DNA of 64,000 nt from Hemiscyllium ocellatum (taxonomy: Eukaryota): NCBI RefSeq assembly GCF_020745735.1, contig NC_083406.1:21946255-22010254 (forward strand), written 5' to 3'. The notes beneath the pieces are model-generated. The model ran no database searches. It was not told the DNA's origin and saw nothing but the letters and a program-made list of their open reading frames with translations. The position numbers were made by a program, and so were the translations under genes. Within the stretch, counting starts at the first letter, position 1. The number at the start of each line of letters is the position of its first letter. Positions 1 through 13,490 of the stretch are shown one piece after another.

Positions 1-59
1 TAAAAATCACTGTTATTGACCGACATTGAAGTCTCCATCAGTGTACATTCTGTGTAACT

Positions 60-610
60 GACATCCTTGTTGTTTTTTCGAATTGGTGTTCAATGGAGGT
101 AATTAGTCAAGGGGGAAACAGTAGGTGATAATGAACTGGAGGTTTCCTGGCCTGTCTTTGACTTCACGCCTTGAGGATACTTGGGGTCCAGAGATGATGT
201 TGAGAAATTCTAGGGCAATTCCTTTCTAGCTGCTTACCACTATGCCTCCACCTCTGGTGTGTCTGCAAAATATTGTCTAAGATGTGATTATCTAAGTATG
301 ACTATGTCAGGCTGTTGCTTAATAAGTCTGTGAGGCAGCTCTTCCAATTTTGGCACAAGCCCCCAGTTATTGATAAAGAATATTTTGTAGGGTTGACGGG
401 GATGTGTTTGCTATTGTCCTTTTGGTGCCTAGCTCAAAGCTGGATTATGCATTTGGTTTCATTGCTTTAGTAAGACTTTGTAGCAATTTGACACAGCTGA
501 GTAACTTTCCAAACTATTTCAGACAGCAGTTAAGTGTCAACCACATTGCAGTAGTTCAGGAGTTACATGTAGGCCAGACCAGCTAAGAATGGCAGATTTA
601 ATCCCCTAAA
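60..610 (-). mobile_element. Degraded non-LTR retrotransposon fragment (same family as 55940 and 59450 copies)
   Basis: Segment agttaagtgtcaaccacattgcagtagttcaggagttacatgtaggccagaccagctaag resembles 56010-56060 and 59525-59590. Confidence 0.5.
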
Positions 611-1852
611 TGCTGTAGATTTCTTTGGTAAAGGATTCCAAATGTTTAGAATCCTTATCTCAATTCCAATTTGCTGACCTTACGCTGAGGCCATGAGTTA
701 TTGTTCTAAACTCTCAGGCAAGAACAGACTGTGGCTCTGTGTGAAATTATGATATTTGTTCAATTAAAAACATTAAAATGTTCAAGTATACATTTTCTGT
801 CAATATTTATCATGAAAAACAACATATGCTGATAATCTGTGTATTTGTTTTGTTTCATATTGACTTAAGAGACAGTGGATATGTCAATGAGTTGTTTGAT
901 TAGGTTGAGCTTGGTAGCATTATTTTAAAAAAACTGTTTAACAGGTGTCAGACATGTCACCACTACATAAGTGGATGTCAAGCTTTTAAATGCCTATAAA
1001 TTTATGATTAACATGTATGTTTGTGCCATCTATTTGCTTTCTGTTGTATTTTTATTTGTTAAAATTAGAGAGGTCTGAAAATTAATATCAAATATAAATT
1101 ATTAATAATTCCTTTGTTATGTCTTGCTACAAGTTGACATATTGTCTATCAAGCAGTAACATATTCTTCGAGGGCTTACAAGGCAGTTAATTTAGGAACA
1201 GAATAAAGGGCTCTGGAACAATTAAGACATTGGTTGCAGGTTGTCAGGATGCACAGATCTTAGCTCTCAGGTGGTTAACATTTAATGCTGAGGCAAATTA
1301 GGATTGGCTCTAGTATCATGTAACAAACAAAAGTATTCAAAATTAAATTTGGAGACGTCCCATTCAACCCAGATAAGACCTGAACTTAACATTATGTCAA
1401 ACTGGAATTATCAAGGAATCTCAAGTGGCATGCAACTGCTTACTGGATGTAACCGAAAGACTCTTAATTTAGTGCTATCAATCATTGACTCTGGAACTGT
1501 ACTAACATTCCTACATTAAAATACACCTTAAAGCCAATAATTTGTCAATATAAATTATGCTATAAAGGCAAGTTGGGAGTTGTCATGGACATGAAAGGAC
1601 CAAAAGCATGAGCAAAATAATATGATTGATATTCTTACATTTTATGATATGTTGTTTTTCATCGATTTTGATGCAAAAGAGCAAGGAATGATTGGAGAAA
1701 CACTGTGGAACATTGCTGGATTAACTCTCTAGCCTGAAATCTCTCCATATATTTACCTCAGTCAGGATTGTTTTATGAAGTGGTTTGGAGTGGAATGAAG
1801 GTGGGTTGCAGTTTGGTCTAAAATGTGATAGTCTTGGCATGGACTTGTTAGA

Positions 1853-2086
1853 GCTGAAAATGTGTTGCTGGTTAAAGCACAGCACAGCAGGTTAGGCAGC
1901 ATCCAAGGAACAGGAAATTCGACGTTTCGGGCCACAGCCCTTCATCAGGACTCTGATGAAAGGCTCTGGCCCGAAACGTGGAATTTCCTGTTCCTTGGAT
2001 GCTGCCTAACCTGCTGTGCTGTGCTTTAACCAGCAACACATTTTCAGCTCTGATCTCCAGCATCTGCAGACCTCACTTTTTACTCG
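1853..2086. mobile_element. PLE-derived fold-back palindrome with two head-to-head hammerhead cores
   Basis: Arms ~1850-1950 and ~1953-2051 are near-perfect reverse complements; TSD tggacttgttaga at 1840-1852 and 2087-2099. Confidence 0.9.
1918..1950 (-). ncRNA. Minimal type I hammerhead ribozyme motif
   Basis: Minus strand reads CTGATGA a GGGC tgtg GCCC GAAAC GTC ga: intact core, 4-bp stem II, GUC cleavage triplet. Confidence 0.75.
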
Positions 2087-2854
2087 TGGACTTGTTAGAA
2101 ACAGGAAATGTTAGAAACTCCTGTAGGTTGAGCATAATCTGGGAGGACACTGCGTCTGTCTAATCTTGATGGCAGTTCCCTCAGCAGTCAGGCATATTAG
2201 ATAGTTCTAATTCAGTAGTTGACTTAGGTAAAGAGTCAAATACCTTCTATTAAAAAAGTATATTCTGTGATCCTATGATTGACCTGAGAACCTTACAGGA
2301 AGCAGCAACCTATCACGAACTATTAATAACTGATATTTATCTTCCGATATTTCTGAGGAATTATTGCTTTAGGTTTCTTCTTATGATGCTAATTGCTTCT
2401 ATGGAGTGCCTTTTGCAATCCAGAAATTTATTGAATGAGCGTTGTTCTGAATGTTCTGAAGGTGACTGAATTTAATGTTGTTGGATGCATTGAATAACTG
2501 TTACAGTGTGGTAATATTCAGATCACATTTAAAGAGTTGTGGGCAATTTGATTTTTCTTACAGTAATTAGAAAGGCAAGTCACTCCTGAAATGATTTTGC
2601 TACCATTACAATGGTTGTTGGATCTTTGATCGCTGAATTTTAAATATTGTTTTAGCAACATACTGGATAAACCAAAAAATTGGAAGTTAATTCAGTTTTA
2701 GAATCCTGAGGGGAGACTGAGTTAATGGAGAATGCTTCTTTACCTGGAATCAGAAAAGATAAAGGGTAGGCTAAGCATAATGAGTGTTCTTAGCATAAGC
2801 ACAGGTCTTTCAAATGGATTTCCGTTAGCATGCCTATATTATGAATTCCTATTA

Positions 2855-3010
2855 TATAAGAAAGACTTGCACTTACATGATATTTTTCAAGCCCTCAGGC
2901 CAACGTGCTTTAAAGTCAATGAAATAGTCATTAAGCTGATTGGTAGTCACTATTGCAATTTAAGAAATGGGGCTGTGAATGGAAGTTCCCACAAAAGTAA
3001 CGCAAGAATG
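2855..3010 (-). mobile_element. Old Deu-SINE/L2-type 3' tail fragment
   Basis: aagaaagacttgcacttacatg...gtgctttaaagtcaatgaa is the reverse complement of the tail seen at 57170-57235. Confidence 0.45.
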
Positions 3011-3416
3011 ATCAAATAATCTGTTTCTTTTTGGTGATGTTAATTGTAGGATTATGTACTCACCATGTATACTTCAATGGTCCTGTGAGATGCTGCCTGG
3101 CCTGCTGTGCTTTGACCAGCAACACATTTGCAGCTGCTGCCTTAGTCAATCAACTGCTGCAAAGCTGTGAGGAGCAATTTCAATTTTCTATGTGGAACCC
3201 CGCAGGATTTAATGGAATACTGATCCTTCTCCACACTGATTGACGGCATCCTGATCAATCCTGCAATTCGTGAATCTGTCAGAATGAGATACGATGTTGG
3301 TTTTAAAACTTTCCCAATTTTAGTTTTAGAGGTGATAGAGAATGCGTCAAATTTGTCTCTCATTTGATTTTGTAGATTTTCCTGCTGGAGAGCTGGTTTA
3401 AAATTTTCTCCAGGAT

Positions 3417-3510
3417 GATTAGGTGTATTGGCCATGCTAAATTGTCCACAGTGTTCAGGGATGTACAGGTTAGGTACATTAGCCAGGGGTAAATATGTTG
3501 TAGGAGAATG
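3417..3510 (+). mobile_element. HE1-type SINE, internal part, split by PLE insertion
   Basis: ttggccatgctaaattgtccacagtgttcagggatg matches the SINE body of 20560-20881 and 31765-32105; continues at 6303. Confidence 0.7.
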
Positions 3511-6297
3511 GCCCGTGCTGACCTATTACACGGCCTTGACCACTTCATTTCAAACTGTCGCCGTGACATTGACTGCCTCAACCTGTCCACCCCCTTCACT
3601 GACTCCAACCTCCCACCTTCACAACACGCAGCCCTCTACCTTCTCTGCTCCAACCCCAATTTCACCATCAAACCTGAAGACAAAAGCAGCGCAGTAGTAG
3701 TGTGGCGCACTGACCTCTATACCGCTGAAGCCAGGTGCCAATTTGCAGACACCTCCTCCTACTACCCCATTGACCATGATCCCACCTCCCATCACCAACC
3801 ATCATCTCCCAGACCATCCATAACCTCATCATCTCTGGGGATCTCCCACTCACTGCCTGCAACCTCATTGTCCATGAACACAGCACTACCCAATCCTACT
3901 TCCTGCTGAAGATACACAAACCTGACTGCGCCAGTTGGCCCATTGTCTCAGCCTGCACCTGTCCCACCGAAGTCATCTTTTCCTACCTCGACACTGTCCT
4001 GTCCCCCTTAGTTCAGGAACTCCCCATCTATGTTCGTGACACCACCCTTCACCTTTACCCAGATTTTTGTTTCCCTGGCCCCCAATGCCTCATCTTCATC
4101 ATGGACATTCAGTCCCTGTATGCACCAATCCACCACAACAAAGGTCTCCAACCCCTCTGTTTCTTCCTCTCATGCTGTCTCAATCTGTGCCCTTCCACCG
4201 ACACACTCATCTGTCTGGCTGAACTGCCCTCACCCTCACAACTTCTACTTACAATCCTCCCACTTCTTCCAAATCAAAGGGGTAGCTGTGGGCACCTACA
4301 TGGGACCCAGCTATGTCTGCCCCTTTGTCAGATATGTGGAACAGTCTATCTTCCGCAGTTGCACTGGCACCATCCCCGACCTGTTCCTCCGTTACATTGA
4401 TGATTGTATTAATGCCATCCCATGCTCTTACGAGGAGGTTGAACAGTTCATCAACTTTACCAACACCTCCCAACCCAACCTCCAATCCACTTGGACCAAC
4501 CATCTCGGACACCTCCCTTCCCTTCCTGGACCTCTCCATCACTGTGTCCGGTAATTGACTAACCACACATCTACTACAAGCCCACCAACTCCCACAGCTA
4601 CCTAGATTATACCTCCTCCCACCCTACCTCCTGTAAAAATACTATCCTTTATTTCCAATTTCTCTGCCTGCCCCGCATCTGTTCCCAGGATGACCAATTC
4701 TACCTCAGAAAGTTCTAGATGGCCTCCTTCTTCCACAATCACAACTTCCCTTCCCACATGGTTGACGAGGCCGTTCAGTGCATCTCCTCCACTTCACGCA
4801 CCACTGCCCTTGAAACCCACTCTCCCAATGCAACAAGGACAGAACCCCCCACCCCCCCCCCACTCCCCGGTCCTCACCTTCCACCCCATCAACTTCCGCA
4901 TACAATGCATCATCCTCCACCACTTCAGCCACCTTCAGACGGACCCCACCACCAAAGATATATATTGGTGCAGCCGCACTTGGAGTATTGTGTATAATTC
5001 TGGTCACCGCATTATAAGAAGGATGTGGAAGCTTTGGAAAGGGCGCAGAGGAGATTTACTAGGATGTCGCCTGGTATGGAGGGAAGGTCTTATGAGGAAA
5101 GGCTGAGGGACTTGAGGCTGTTTTCGTTAGAGAGAAGAAGGTTGAGAGGTGACTTAATAGAGACATATAAGATATCAGAGGGTTAGATAGGGTGGACAGG
5201 GAGAGTCTTTTTCCAAGTATGGTGACAGCGAGCACGAGGGGGCGTAGCTTTAAATTGAAGAGGATAGATATAGGACAGACGTCAGAGGTAGTTTCTTTAC
5301 TCAGAGAGTAGTAAGGGTATGGAATGCTTTGCCTGCAATGGTAGTAGATTCGCTAACTTTAAGTACATTTAAGTCGTCATTGGACATGTATATGGACGTA
5401 ACTGGAATAATGTAGGTTAGATGGGCTTCAGATTGATATGACAGGTCGGCGCAACATCGAGAGTCGAAGGGCCTGTACTGCGTGGAATGTTCGATGTTCT
5501 ATGTTTTATATGTTCCCTCCCAGCATTCTGGAGAGACCATTCCCTCTGTGACTCCCTCGTTTGGTCCATCGCCCCACTAGCCCACACCCCACTCCTGGTA
5601 CCATTCCCTGCCACCAGAAGAAGTGCTAAACCTGCGGCCACGCAACTCCACTCACCTCCGTCCAAGGCCCCAAGGGATCCTTCCATATCTGTCAAAAATT
5701 TACCTGTACCTCTATTAATGTCATCTCCTGCATCCATTGCACCCAGTGTGGTTTCCTCTACATCGGAGAGACAGGACGCCTTCTTGTCGATTATTTCAGA
5801 GAACATCTCTGGGACTCCTGCACCCACCAGCCCCACCACCCTGTAGCTGAATACTTCAACTCCCCCACCCACTCCATCAAGGACATGCAGGTCATGGACC
5901 TCCTCCACCACCATACCGTTACTACCCGATATCTGGAAGAAGAATGTCTCATATTTCGCCTTTGGGCCCTACAACCATACGGTATAAATGTGGACTTCAA
6001 CAGCTTCCTCATTTCCCCTCCCCACACATTATTCCAGTCCCAAGCCTCCAACTCAGCACAATCCTCCGGACCTGTCCATCACTCCCCCTTCTGATCATCT
6101 TCTCCCTCACCTTCTCCCTCACCTTCATCCATCTATCGCTTTCTCAGCTATCCACCCCACCTTCCCCCCCCCTATTTATCTCTCTGTTTCAGCCCACAAG
6201 ACTCATTCCTGATGAAGGGCTTATGCCTGAAACACTGATTCTCCTGTTCCTCAGATGCTGCCTGACCTGCTGTGCTTTCCCAGCACCACACTCTCGA
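3511..6297 (+). mobile_element. Penelope-like retroelement, frameshifted RT + GIY-YIG endonuclease, hammerhead at 3' end
   Basis: Fragments MDIQSLY, KGVAVGTYMGPSY, LRYIDDCI, LPFLDLSI; CTQCGFLYIGETGR near 5740; CTGATGAAGGGCTTATGCCTGAAAC at 6209-6233. Confidence 0.9.
4963..5505 (+). mobile_element. CR1-clade LINE 3' fragment nested in PLE
   Basis: LVQPHLEYCV, ERRRLRGDLIETYK, 3' UTR ending in tgttctatg-type repeats. Confidence 0.88.
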
Positions 6298-6302
6298 CAA
6301 AA

Positions 6303-6390
6303 AGAATGGGTCAGCGTGGGTTACGTTTTGAAGGGTAGGTGTGGACTCGTTAGGCCAAAGGGCCTGCTTCCACACTGTAGGGATTCTATT
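6303..6390 (+). mobile_element. HE1-type SINE 3' tail
   Basis: gtggactcgttaggccaaagggcctgcttccacactgtagggattctat. Confidence 0.7.
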
Positions 6391-7152
6391 TAAAAAAATT
6401 CGATAAAAAGTATGAAGAATAATTTCTGAACTTACTCGGTATGTTTGGAAATGGATGTATTGTTAAAGTGTTGCATTCACAGAAGACAAGGGTTACAGTT
6501 TGCAAATAAGTCATAAAAAGCATTGAACTGATAACTTTTCAAAGTATCGCAAACATTGTAATGAAATCTTGTTTGGCATCATGACAGGGTGTGCTTATGT
6601 GATAAATAAATTAACTTAACCTGTTTCGAGCACAAGATACCTTAACACATGAATCTAACTGTAGAAATCCAAATATTTACATTTAATAATTATAACAATT
6701 CTCCATATACTTAAAAAGAAATGTGATGACAGGAAGTGATGTCATTTATTGGTCAATAATGTGTTCATTTCACAATTTTTCAGTTTCAAAGCACTGTTTT
6801 TTTTTAAATCCACATAAACCAGATTAGTCAATGTAATAGCAAAAATCAATGCACAGGAATAGAAATATGATATTTTTGCATCAACAAATAATGTTGGACT
6901 GGGTAAGGGTTTTTTCATGGAGTTTACTGCCACCAATCCATCTTTTATTTTCTTTTGTGTAGGGCCTATCCAGTAGCTGGTAATAGAAAATATATCACAA
7001 CAGAATGTCTACCGAAGAGGAACTATTTACAGCTAACACAAAGGTCATTGCATTATAGCAATAACTACAATTATATTTAGCCACCCTCAGCTCCTTGTTC
7101 ATCAAAACTTTATCTAACTCAACCTTGAATACATTCAATGATTCAGCTTCAA

Positions 7153-8511
7153 TTATTCGTTTTAAAATAGTGATGGAAAAGGATAGACCAGATCTAAAAG
7201 TTGAAGTTCTAAATTGGAGAAAGGCCAATTTTGACGGTATGAGGCAAGAACTTTCGAAACCTGATTGGAGGCAGATGTTCGCAGGTAAAGGGATGGCTGG
7301 AAAATGGGAAGCCTTCAGAAATGAGATAACAAGAATCCAGAGAAAGTATGTTCCTGTCAGGGTGAAAGGGAAAGCTGGTAGGTATAGGGAATGCTGGATG
7401 ATGACAGAAATTGAGGGTTTGGTTAAGAAAAAGAAGGAAGCATATGTCAGGTATAGACAGGATAGATCGAGTGAATCCTGAGAAGAGTACAAAGAAAGTA
7501 GGAATATACTTAAGAGGAAAATCAGGAGGGCAAAAAGGGAATATGAGATAGCATTGGCAAATATGATTAAGGAGAATCCAAAGGGTTTTTACAAATATAT
7601 TCAGGACAAAAGGGTAACTAGGGAGAGAATAGGGCCCCTCAAAGATCAGCAAGGCGGCCTTTGTGTGGAGCCACAGAAAATGGAGGAGATACTAAATGAA
7701 TATTTTGTATCAGTATTTACTGTGGAAAAGGATATGGGTGATATAGACAGTAAGGAAATAGATGGTGACATCTTGCAAAACGTCCAGATTACAGAGGAGG
7801 AAGTGCTGGATGTCTTGAAATGGTTAAAGGTGGATAAATTCCCTGCACGTAGATAATATAGTGAAGAAGGCATTTGGTATGCTTTCCATTATTGGTCAGG
7901 GTATTGAGTACAAGAGTTGGGAGGTCATGTTGCGGCTATACAAGACATTGATTAGGCCACTGTTGGAATATTGTGTGCAAATGTGGTTTCCCTCCTCTTG
8001 GAAAGATGTTGTGAAATTTGAAAGGGTTCAGAAAAGATTTACAAGGATGTTGCCAGGGTTGGAGGATTTGAGCTATAGGGAGAGGCTGAACAGGCTGGGG
8101 CTGTTTTCCCTGGAGCATCGGAGGCTGAGGGGTGACCTTATAGAGGTTTACAAAATTATGAGGGACATGGATAAATAAATAGACAAAGACTTTTCCCTGG
8201 GGTCGGGGAGTCCAGAACTAGAAGGCATAGGTTTAGGGTGAAAGGGGAAAGATATAACAGAGACCTAAGGGGCAACTTTTTAATGCATAGGGTGTTACGT
8301 GTATGGAATGAGCTGCCAGAGGATGTGGTGGAGGCTGGTATAATTGCAACATTTAAGAGGCATTTGGATGGGTATATGATTAGGAAGGGTTTGGAGGGAT
8401 ATGGGCTGGGTGCTGGCAGGCGGGACTAGATTGGGTTGGGATATCTGGTTGGCATGGACGGGTTGGACCGAAGGGTTTGTTTCCATGCTGTACATCTCTA
8501 TGACTCTATGA
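7153..8511 (+). mobile_element. CR1/HER1 LINE ORF2 fragment with large internal deletion at ~7845
   Basis: LNWRKANFDGMR, KENPKGFYKYI, VDKFP joined directly to KKAFGML...RPLLEYCVQ...LRGDLIEVYKIM; tail ctctatgactctatga. Confidence 0.92.
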
Positions 8512-8728
8512 CAAAAACAAGAATGCCAAACTTAAATAATCACAACTTACTTCATAAAAGAAAAGGTTGCTGATTGGTTGGCAACATACACTAGAATATG
8601 ATTGTTTTTAAACAAAGTCCTGAGTCTGAACTTTTAGTAAGAGCCTTATTTCAGTTAACCACATACTATAAAATTCACATTCCACTGATTGCCAGCATCT
8701 CCTGAAGTCCAACAATTCTAATAATTGT

Positions 8729-9022
8729 GGACAGCATGGTGACTCAGTAGTTAGCACTATTGCCTCACAGCACCAGGGACCCATGTTTGATGCCAGCCTT
8801 GGCAGACTGACTGTGTGGAGTTTGCACGCTATTTCCATGTCAGCGTGGGTTTCTATCTGGGTGCTCCGATTTCCTCCCACCAAACTTGAGCAGGTTAGAT
8901 GAGTTGGCCATTGTAAGTATGCGGTTACAGGAATAGGATAGGGGGGCTGGGGCTGGATTGGATGTTCTTCAGTGGGTTAGTGCAGACTCAATGGGCTGAA
9001 TGGTCTCTTTCTGCACTATAGT
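8729..9022 (+). mobile_element. HE1-type tRNA-derived SINE
   Basis: A-box-like ggtgactcagtagttagc, tgcctcacagcaccagggaccc, gtgtggagtttgcac body, CR1-like tail. Confidence 0.85.
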
Positions 9023-9348
9023 TCTAACAACCAATTCACACCCAATTAACTCTTAAATAATATCTACATTGTATGCTGATTCCATTTGGTTTATGAGCAT
9101 ATTAAGTGATAGATATTTTCTAAGTAACCTGTTTCTCTGGAGAGGTGAGACTTGAAGCTGGGCTTCCTGACCTGAACTATAGGCTCCTCAACTTCCCAGA
9201 CAATTCAAAAATATTCTTTTCGCAGAGAGTGGGTCCCTCATTTGCCTGTAGATCATGTCTAGTGAGTGGAAATAAGTTACGTGATGAGCTTGACTGATTA
9301 TTGTAATTGGTCACTAGTGTGACCAATTCAAGCTTACACCCTTCTTCA

Positions 9349-9428
9349 AGCTTATGCCCGAAACATTGAATTTCCTGCTCCTTGGATGCTGCCTGACCTG
9401 CTGCGCTTTTCCAGCAACACATTTTCAG
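9349..9428 (+). mobile_element. PLE 3' stub starting inside hammerhead stem II
   Basis: gcttatgcccgaaacattgaatttcctgctccttggatgctgcctgacc. Confidence 0.8.
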
Positions 9429-9799
9429 CAATCATGAATGTGATCCAATCATGGAATAATATCTAACAGCAGATATTTTGTTTTGGTTTTTTCAAGTGTG
9501 GGGTGTCTCAGCCCTTCCCTCTCTCTGCTTTGAATAGCCAATGGAACATACTGATTGATTCAAAATTGTGACAGTCAGTTTATTGACATTATACTGGCCC
9601 TAACATTTCTATGTGATATGTTCAATTGTGTGATAGATAGAACATCTTTTTGGACCAATGCAGCCTTCTATTAAGCCGTCACTGCATGGTAGCAGTGAGA
9701 AATATCTTACTTAATGTGTTGTTCAAATGTTTGAAACACTTTTTATCCTGGATAATTTATGGTTGGTTCTGTACTTTTCAGGTTGTAAAGGGGCAACAT

Positions 9800-10099
9800 T
9801 TAGAGTTGCAGAGTTAGAAAACACTAGAGTTAGGAAACAGAGCAGTTGGTCTTACCTGTCCGTGCCAGTCAGATAACCTAAACTGATCCAGTCCCGTTTG
9901 CCAGCATTTGGCCCATATCCCTCTGAAACCATCCCATTCACATACTCATCCAGATGCCTTTTAAAAGTTGTAATTGTAGCTTCTTCCACCACCGCCTCTG
10001 ACAGCTCATTCCACACACACCACGCTCTATGTGAAAATGTCGCCCTTCAGGTCTCTTTTAAAACTTTCCTCCCTCACCTTAAACTTATGGCCTCTAACC
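9800..10099 (-). mobile_element. CR1/HER1 LINE 3' end
   Basis: Reverse complement of the 8230-8500 3' region. Confidence 0.8.
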
Positions 10100-10369
10100 C
10101 ATTTGTGAGTTTGCATGGTACAGAGCAAATAGTGATCTGCTCAACATAATGATTAATCAAAAATTGCTTTCATTGATGCATTGAGATTGCAACTAGATGG
10201 GACCTATTTACAAGTTTGCCAATAAAAGCATTCTGAGTTATACATATTCCAAAATATATATTGACCAGTGAAGATTAGGCTTACAATAGACTGTACTCGA
10301 GAAACAATTTGAGGAATAACGCAGAAAGTAGGTATGCAATCTCATCTCCATTTATGTTTCTTTCGTCAT

Positions 10370-11302
10370 TCATAGAGCCATAAAGATGTGCAGCACGGTA
10401 ACAGACCCTTCGGTCCAACCTGTCCATGCCGACCAGATATCCCAACCCAAGCTAGTCCCATCTGCCAGCACCTGGCCCATATTCCTCCAATACCTTCCTA
10501 TTCATATACCCATCCAAATGCCTCTTAAATGTTGCAATTGTACCAGCCTCCACCACATCCTCTGGCAGCTCATTCCATACACGCACCACCCTCTGCATGA
10601 AAAAGTTGCCCCTTAGTCCTCTTTTATATCTTTCCCCTTTCACCCTAAACCTATGCCCTCTGGTTCTGGACTCCCTGACCCTAGGGAAAAAGACTTTGCC
10701 TACTTACCCTATCCATGCACCTCATAATTTTATAAACCTCTATAAGGTCACCCCTCAGCCTCCGACGCTCCAGGGAAAACAGCCCCAGTCTGTTCAGCCT
10801 CTCCCTATAGCTCAAATCCTCCAACTCTGGCAACATCCTTGTAAATGTTTTCTGAAGCCTTTCAAATTTCACAACATCTTTCCGATAAGAAGGAGACTAG
10901 AATTGCACACAATATTCCAATAGTTGCCTAACCAATGTTCTGTACAGCTGCACCATGACATCCCAACTCCTGTACTCAATGCTCTGACCAATAAAAGAAA
11001 GCATACCAAACGCCTTCTTCACTATCCTATCTACCTGCGACTCCACTTTCAAGGAGCTATGAACTTGCACTCCATGTTCTCTTTGTTCAGCAACACTCCT
11101 GAGGACCTTACCATTAAGTGTATAAGTCCTGCTAAGATTCGCTTTCCCAAAATGCAGCACCTCACATTTATCTGAATTAATCTCCATTGGCCACTTTTTG
11201 GCCCATTGGCCCATCTGGTCAAGATCCTGTTGTAATTTGAGGTAACCCACTTCGCTGTCCACTACACCTCCAGTATTGGTATCATCTGCAAACTTGCTAC
11301 TA
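10370..11302 (-). mobile_element. CR1/HER1 LINE RT C-terminus and 3' UTR
   Basis: SKFADDT, LQQDLDQMGQWA, KCEVLHFG, LLEYCVQF, LRGDLIEVYKIM. Confidence 0.92.
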
Positions 11303-12721
11303 TGCCACTTAGGCTCATTCACATTTTTTGCATCACAGTCTTGTCTCTCATGCATTTTTTCTCTTTGTTAATTCAGGAATAGCTGGAGAACACTCACTGC
11401 TGTGATCATGACTGTATCCTAACTTCATTTGCTTGTCTTGTCTCTATATTCCATACCTTTGCTGTCAAAAATTCAGAATCTCAGTGCAACCTTCTGCAAG
11501 ATTACACAGAGTCTGAATATAAAAATGTGCCAGAGCCTTCAATTTAACATACAATGGTAATTTTTGTCCTGTTGATACAATTCGAATTAGCTAAGAATGT
11601 GAAGCTATTCCAGGAACTAACAACAGGGATCATTGTGAATGTTACCTGATTCCCAAAAACCAATTAGAATGCACAATGCAGGAGAACAAATAAATACTGG
11701 TCTTGCCAGTGACACTCAGATCACATTAACAAATAAAAGAAATTGTCAGGAGTGAATAGATTTTTTTTCAAGTGAATACAAAGGATTATTGTGAAAAATT
11801 CCCATTACGATACTTTTTTTGTTCTGAGAACAGAATGTACCTTTTAGCTGTGCACTCTGTAATAAGGAATCACTGCAAACAATGCATGTACCAATCCGAA
11901 ATAACTGCATATTTTATTCAAGTGCACAAAGCTTAAATACATCTCAAATAGTTCATGACAATTAACAATATGTGGAGATACAGCACTGAGCTAAGGATAT
12001 CTGAGTCGTGACATTACAGTCGCAAAAGTGGCAACTTATCAAAAAAAAATGTATAACTTTGTTAGTTTCCCACAGATAATATTTGATAATGATTCGTGTT
12101 TTATTCCAATATAATCAACCAGCAGACCAGAACGCCTGCCCTTTTGTTTTTAACTATTACAAACTCACTTCATTCAGCCAGGTTCTGATTTGTAACGGAG
12201 TTTTGTGCAAAGTTTGAGGTCTGTCATTTTCAGCAACAAAATGGTAGCCAATGCCATTACAGCACTTTTCGACTCTCCTGTGGTGTAGCATCTGGTAACT
12301 CACACCTCAGTTTCCATTGAATTAACAACAAAAGCCACCTGACACTTTAGTGATGTGGTGGAAATTCAGGCTGTCGTCATAAAAAATCTATGTCAGGTGA
12401 CACTCAGAGGGAGACCATCATCAATATAATTGCAGGCACCCATGATCAAAGAGACAGTCTTCCAATTTGGATTGGTAAGACTCCACCTTGGAAGCACAAA
12501 CCCTATTGTCCTCTCTCAGGCCAGAATCATTCACATTTCTGCCATTGCCATTCCACCTTGTGGTTTGCCCCTCATTCAGTGTTTAAACGATGGCTGTCAA
12601 TATGGTATAGTCTGAAGCTGGCCTACAGTATTGGGATATGACCATCAGGACAGGCACGAAGGGAAAGCAAAGGGGAAACAGTTCTGTTCTGTACATATTG
12701 TTAGAAGTGTTGGCATACAGA

Positions 12722-12861
12722 ATTTAGATTAGATTAGGTTAGATTAGATTCTTTACAGTGTGGAAACTGGCCCTTCAGCCCATCAAGTCCATCATGTCCA
12801 CACCGACTCTCTGAAGAATAACCCACCCACACCCATTTTCCTCTGACTAATGCACCTAACA
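12722..12861 (-). mobile_element. HE1-type SINE 3' tail
   Basis: (ttaga)n, cagtgtggaaactggcccttcagccc, tctgaagaataacccaccc. Confidence 0.75.
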
Positions 12862-13074
12862 GTGTGTTGCAAATAAATGGTTTAAATGGGTGACTTTTAT
12901 GTCAGGATTTTGGCCAAGAGGATGCTGTAACGCAGCTACATCCGTAGAAAATGGTATCAGAGCACCTAAATTATAGATTGTGGAATTGTGGAGTGACTGT
13001 GACGTGGAGAGAACATTAGTGTGAAAGCATTATCAAAGCTTTCACTCACAGACAGACCATTCTCAGGTTGAAGA

Positions 13075-13490
13075 GTCATGGTGACTGGCATTGAATGAAT
13101 GCATGGTGGCTGTTACCAGGGTCGCAGGAAATCAGTTTGAGCATCATCTGGATACAATTGCATGCAAAGAAAGAGGAATAAGCCTTGCACTTATGCAACA
13201 TCTCCCTCACAAAATATGGGACCTGCGGTTGTGAGGGCAAAGGGCAGCTGATGCATTGGAGTGCCACCAACTGCAATTTCATCTCAAAGCCACACACCAT
13301 CCTGACATAAAACAATATTGCCAGCTTTTCCTTTGGTGAGGATAAAGTCCTAGAACTCATTTCCTAATGGTATTATAGGAACTACAGTGGCTCCAGAACG
13401 TGGCTCACCTCACTATCTCAGTGGTGAGGAGAGATGGGCAATAAATGCTGACCAAGCCAGCGATGTCCATATCTGATGAATGAATAAAAC
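13075..13490 (+). mobile_element. Degraded non-LTR retrotransposon 3' end
   Basis: Tail gatgggcaataaatgctgaccaagccagcgatgtccatatctgatgaatgaataaa, shared in reverse with 55940 and 59450. Confidence 0.6.

Noticed and set aside
3428-6393. Many overlapping Pro/Ser/His-rich ORFs as host genes
   Set aside because: They are alternative frames and antisense shadows of the C-rich PLE.
6963-7043. Exon candidate after tcttttattttcttttgtgtag
   Set aside because: Good acceptor but weak donor (gtcatt) and unrecognisable peptide.
12169-12291. Minus-strand 123-nt open exon candidate with gtgagt donor
   Set aside because: Acceptor lacks a polypyrimidine tract and the peptide is not recognisable.
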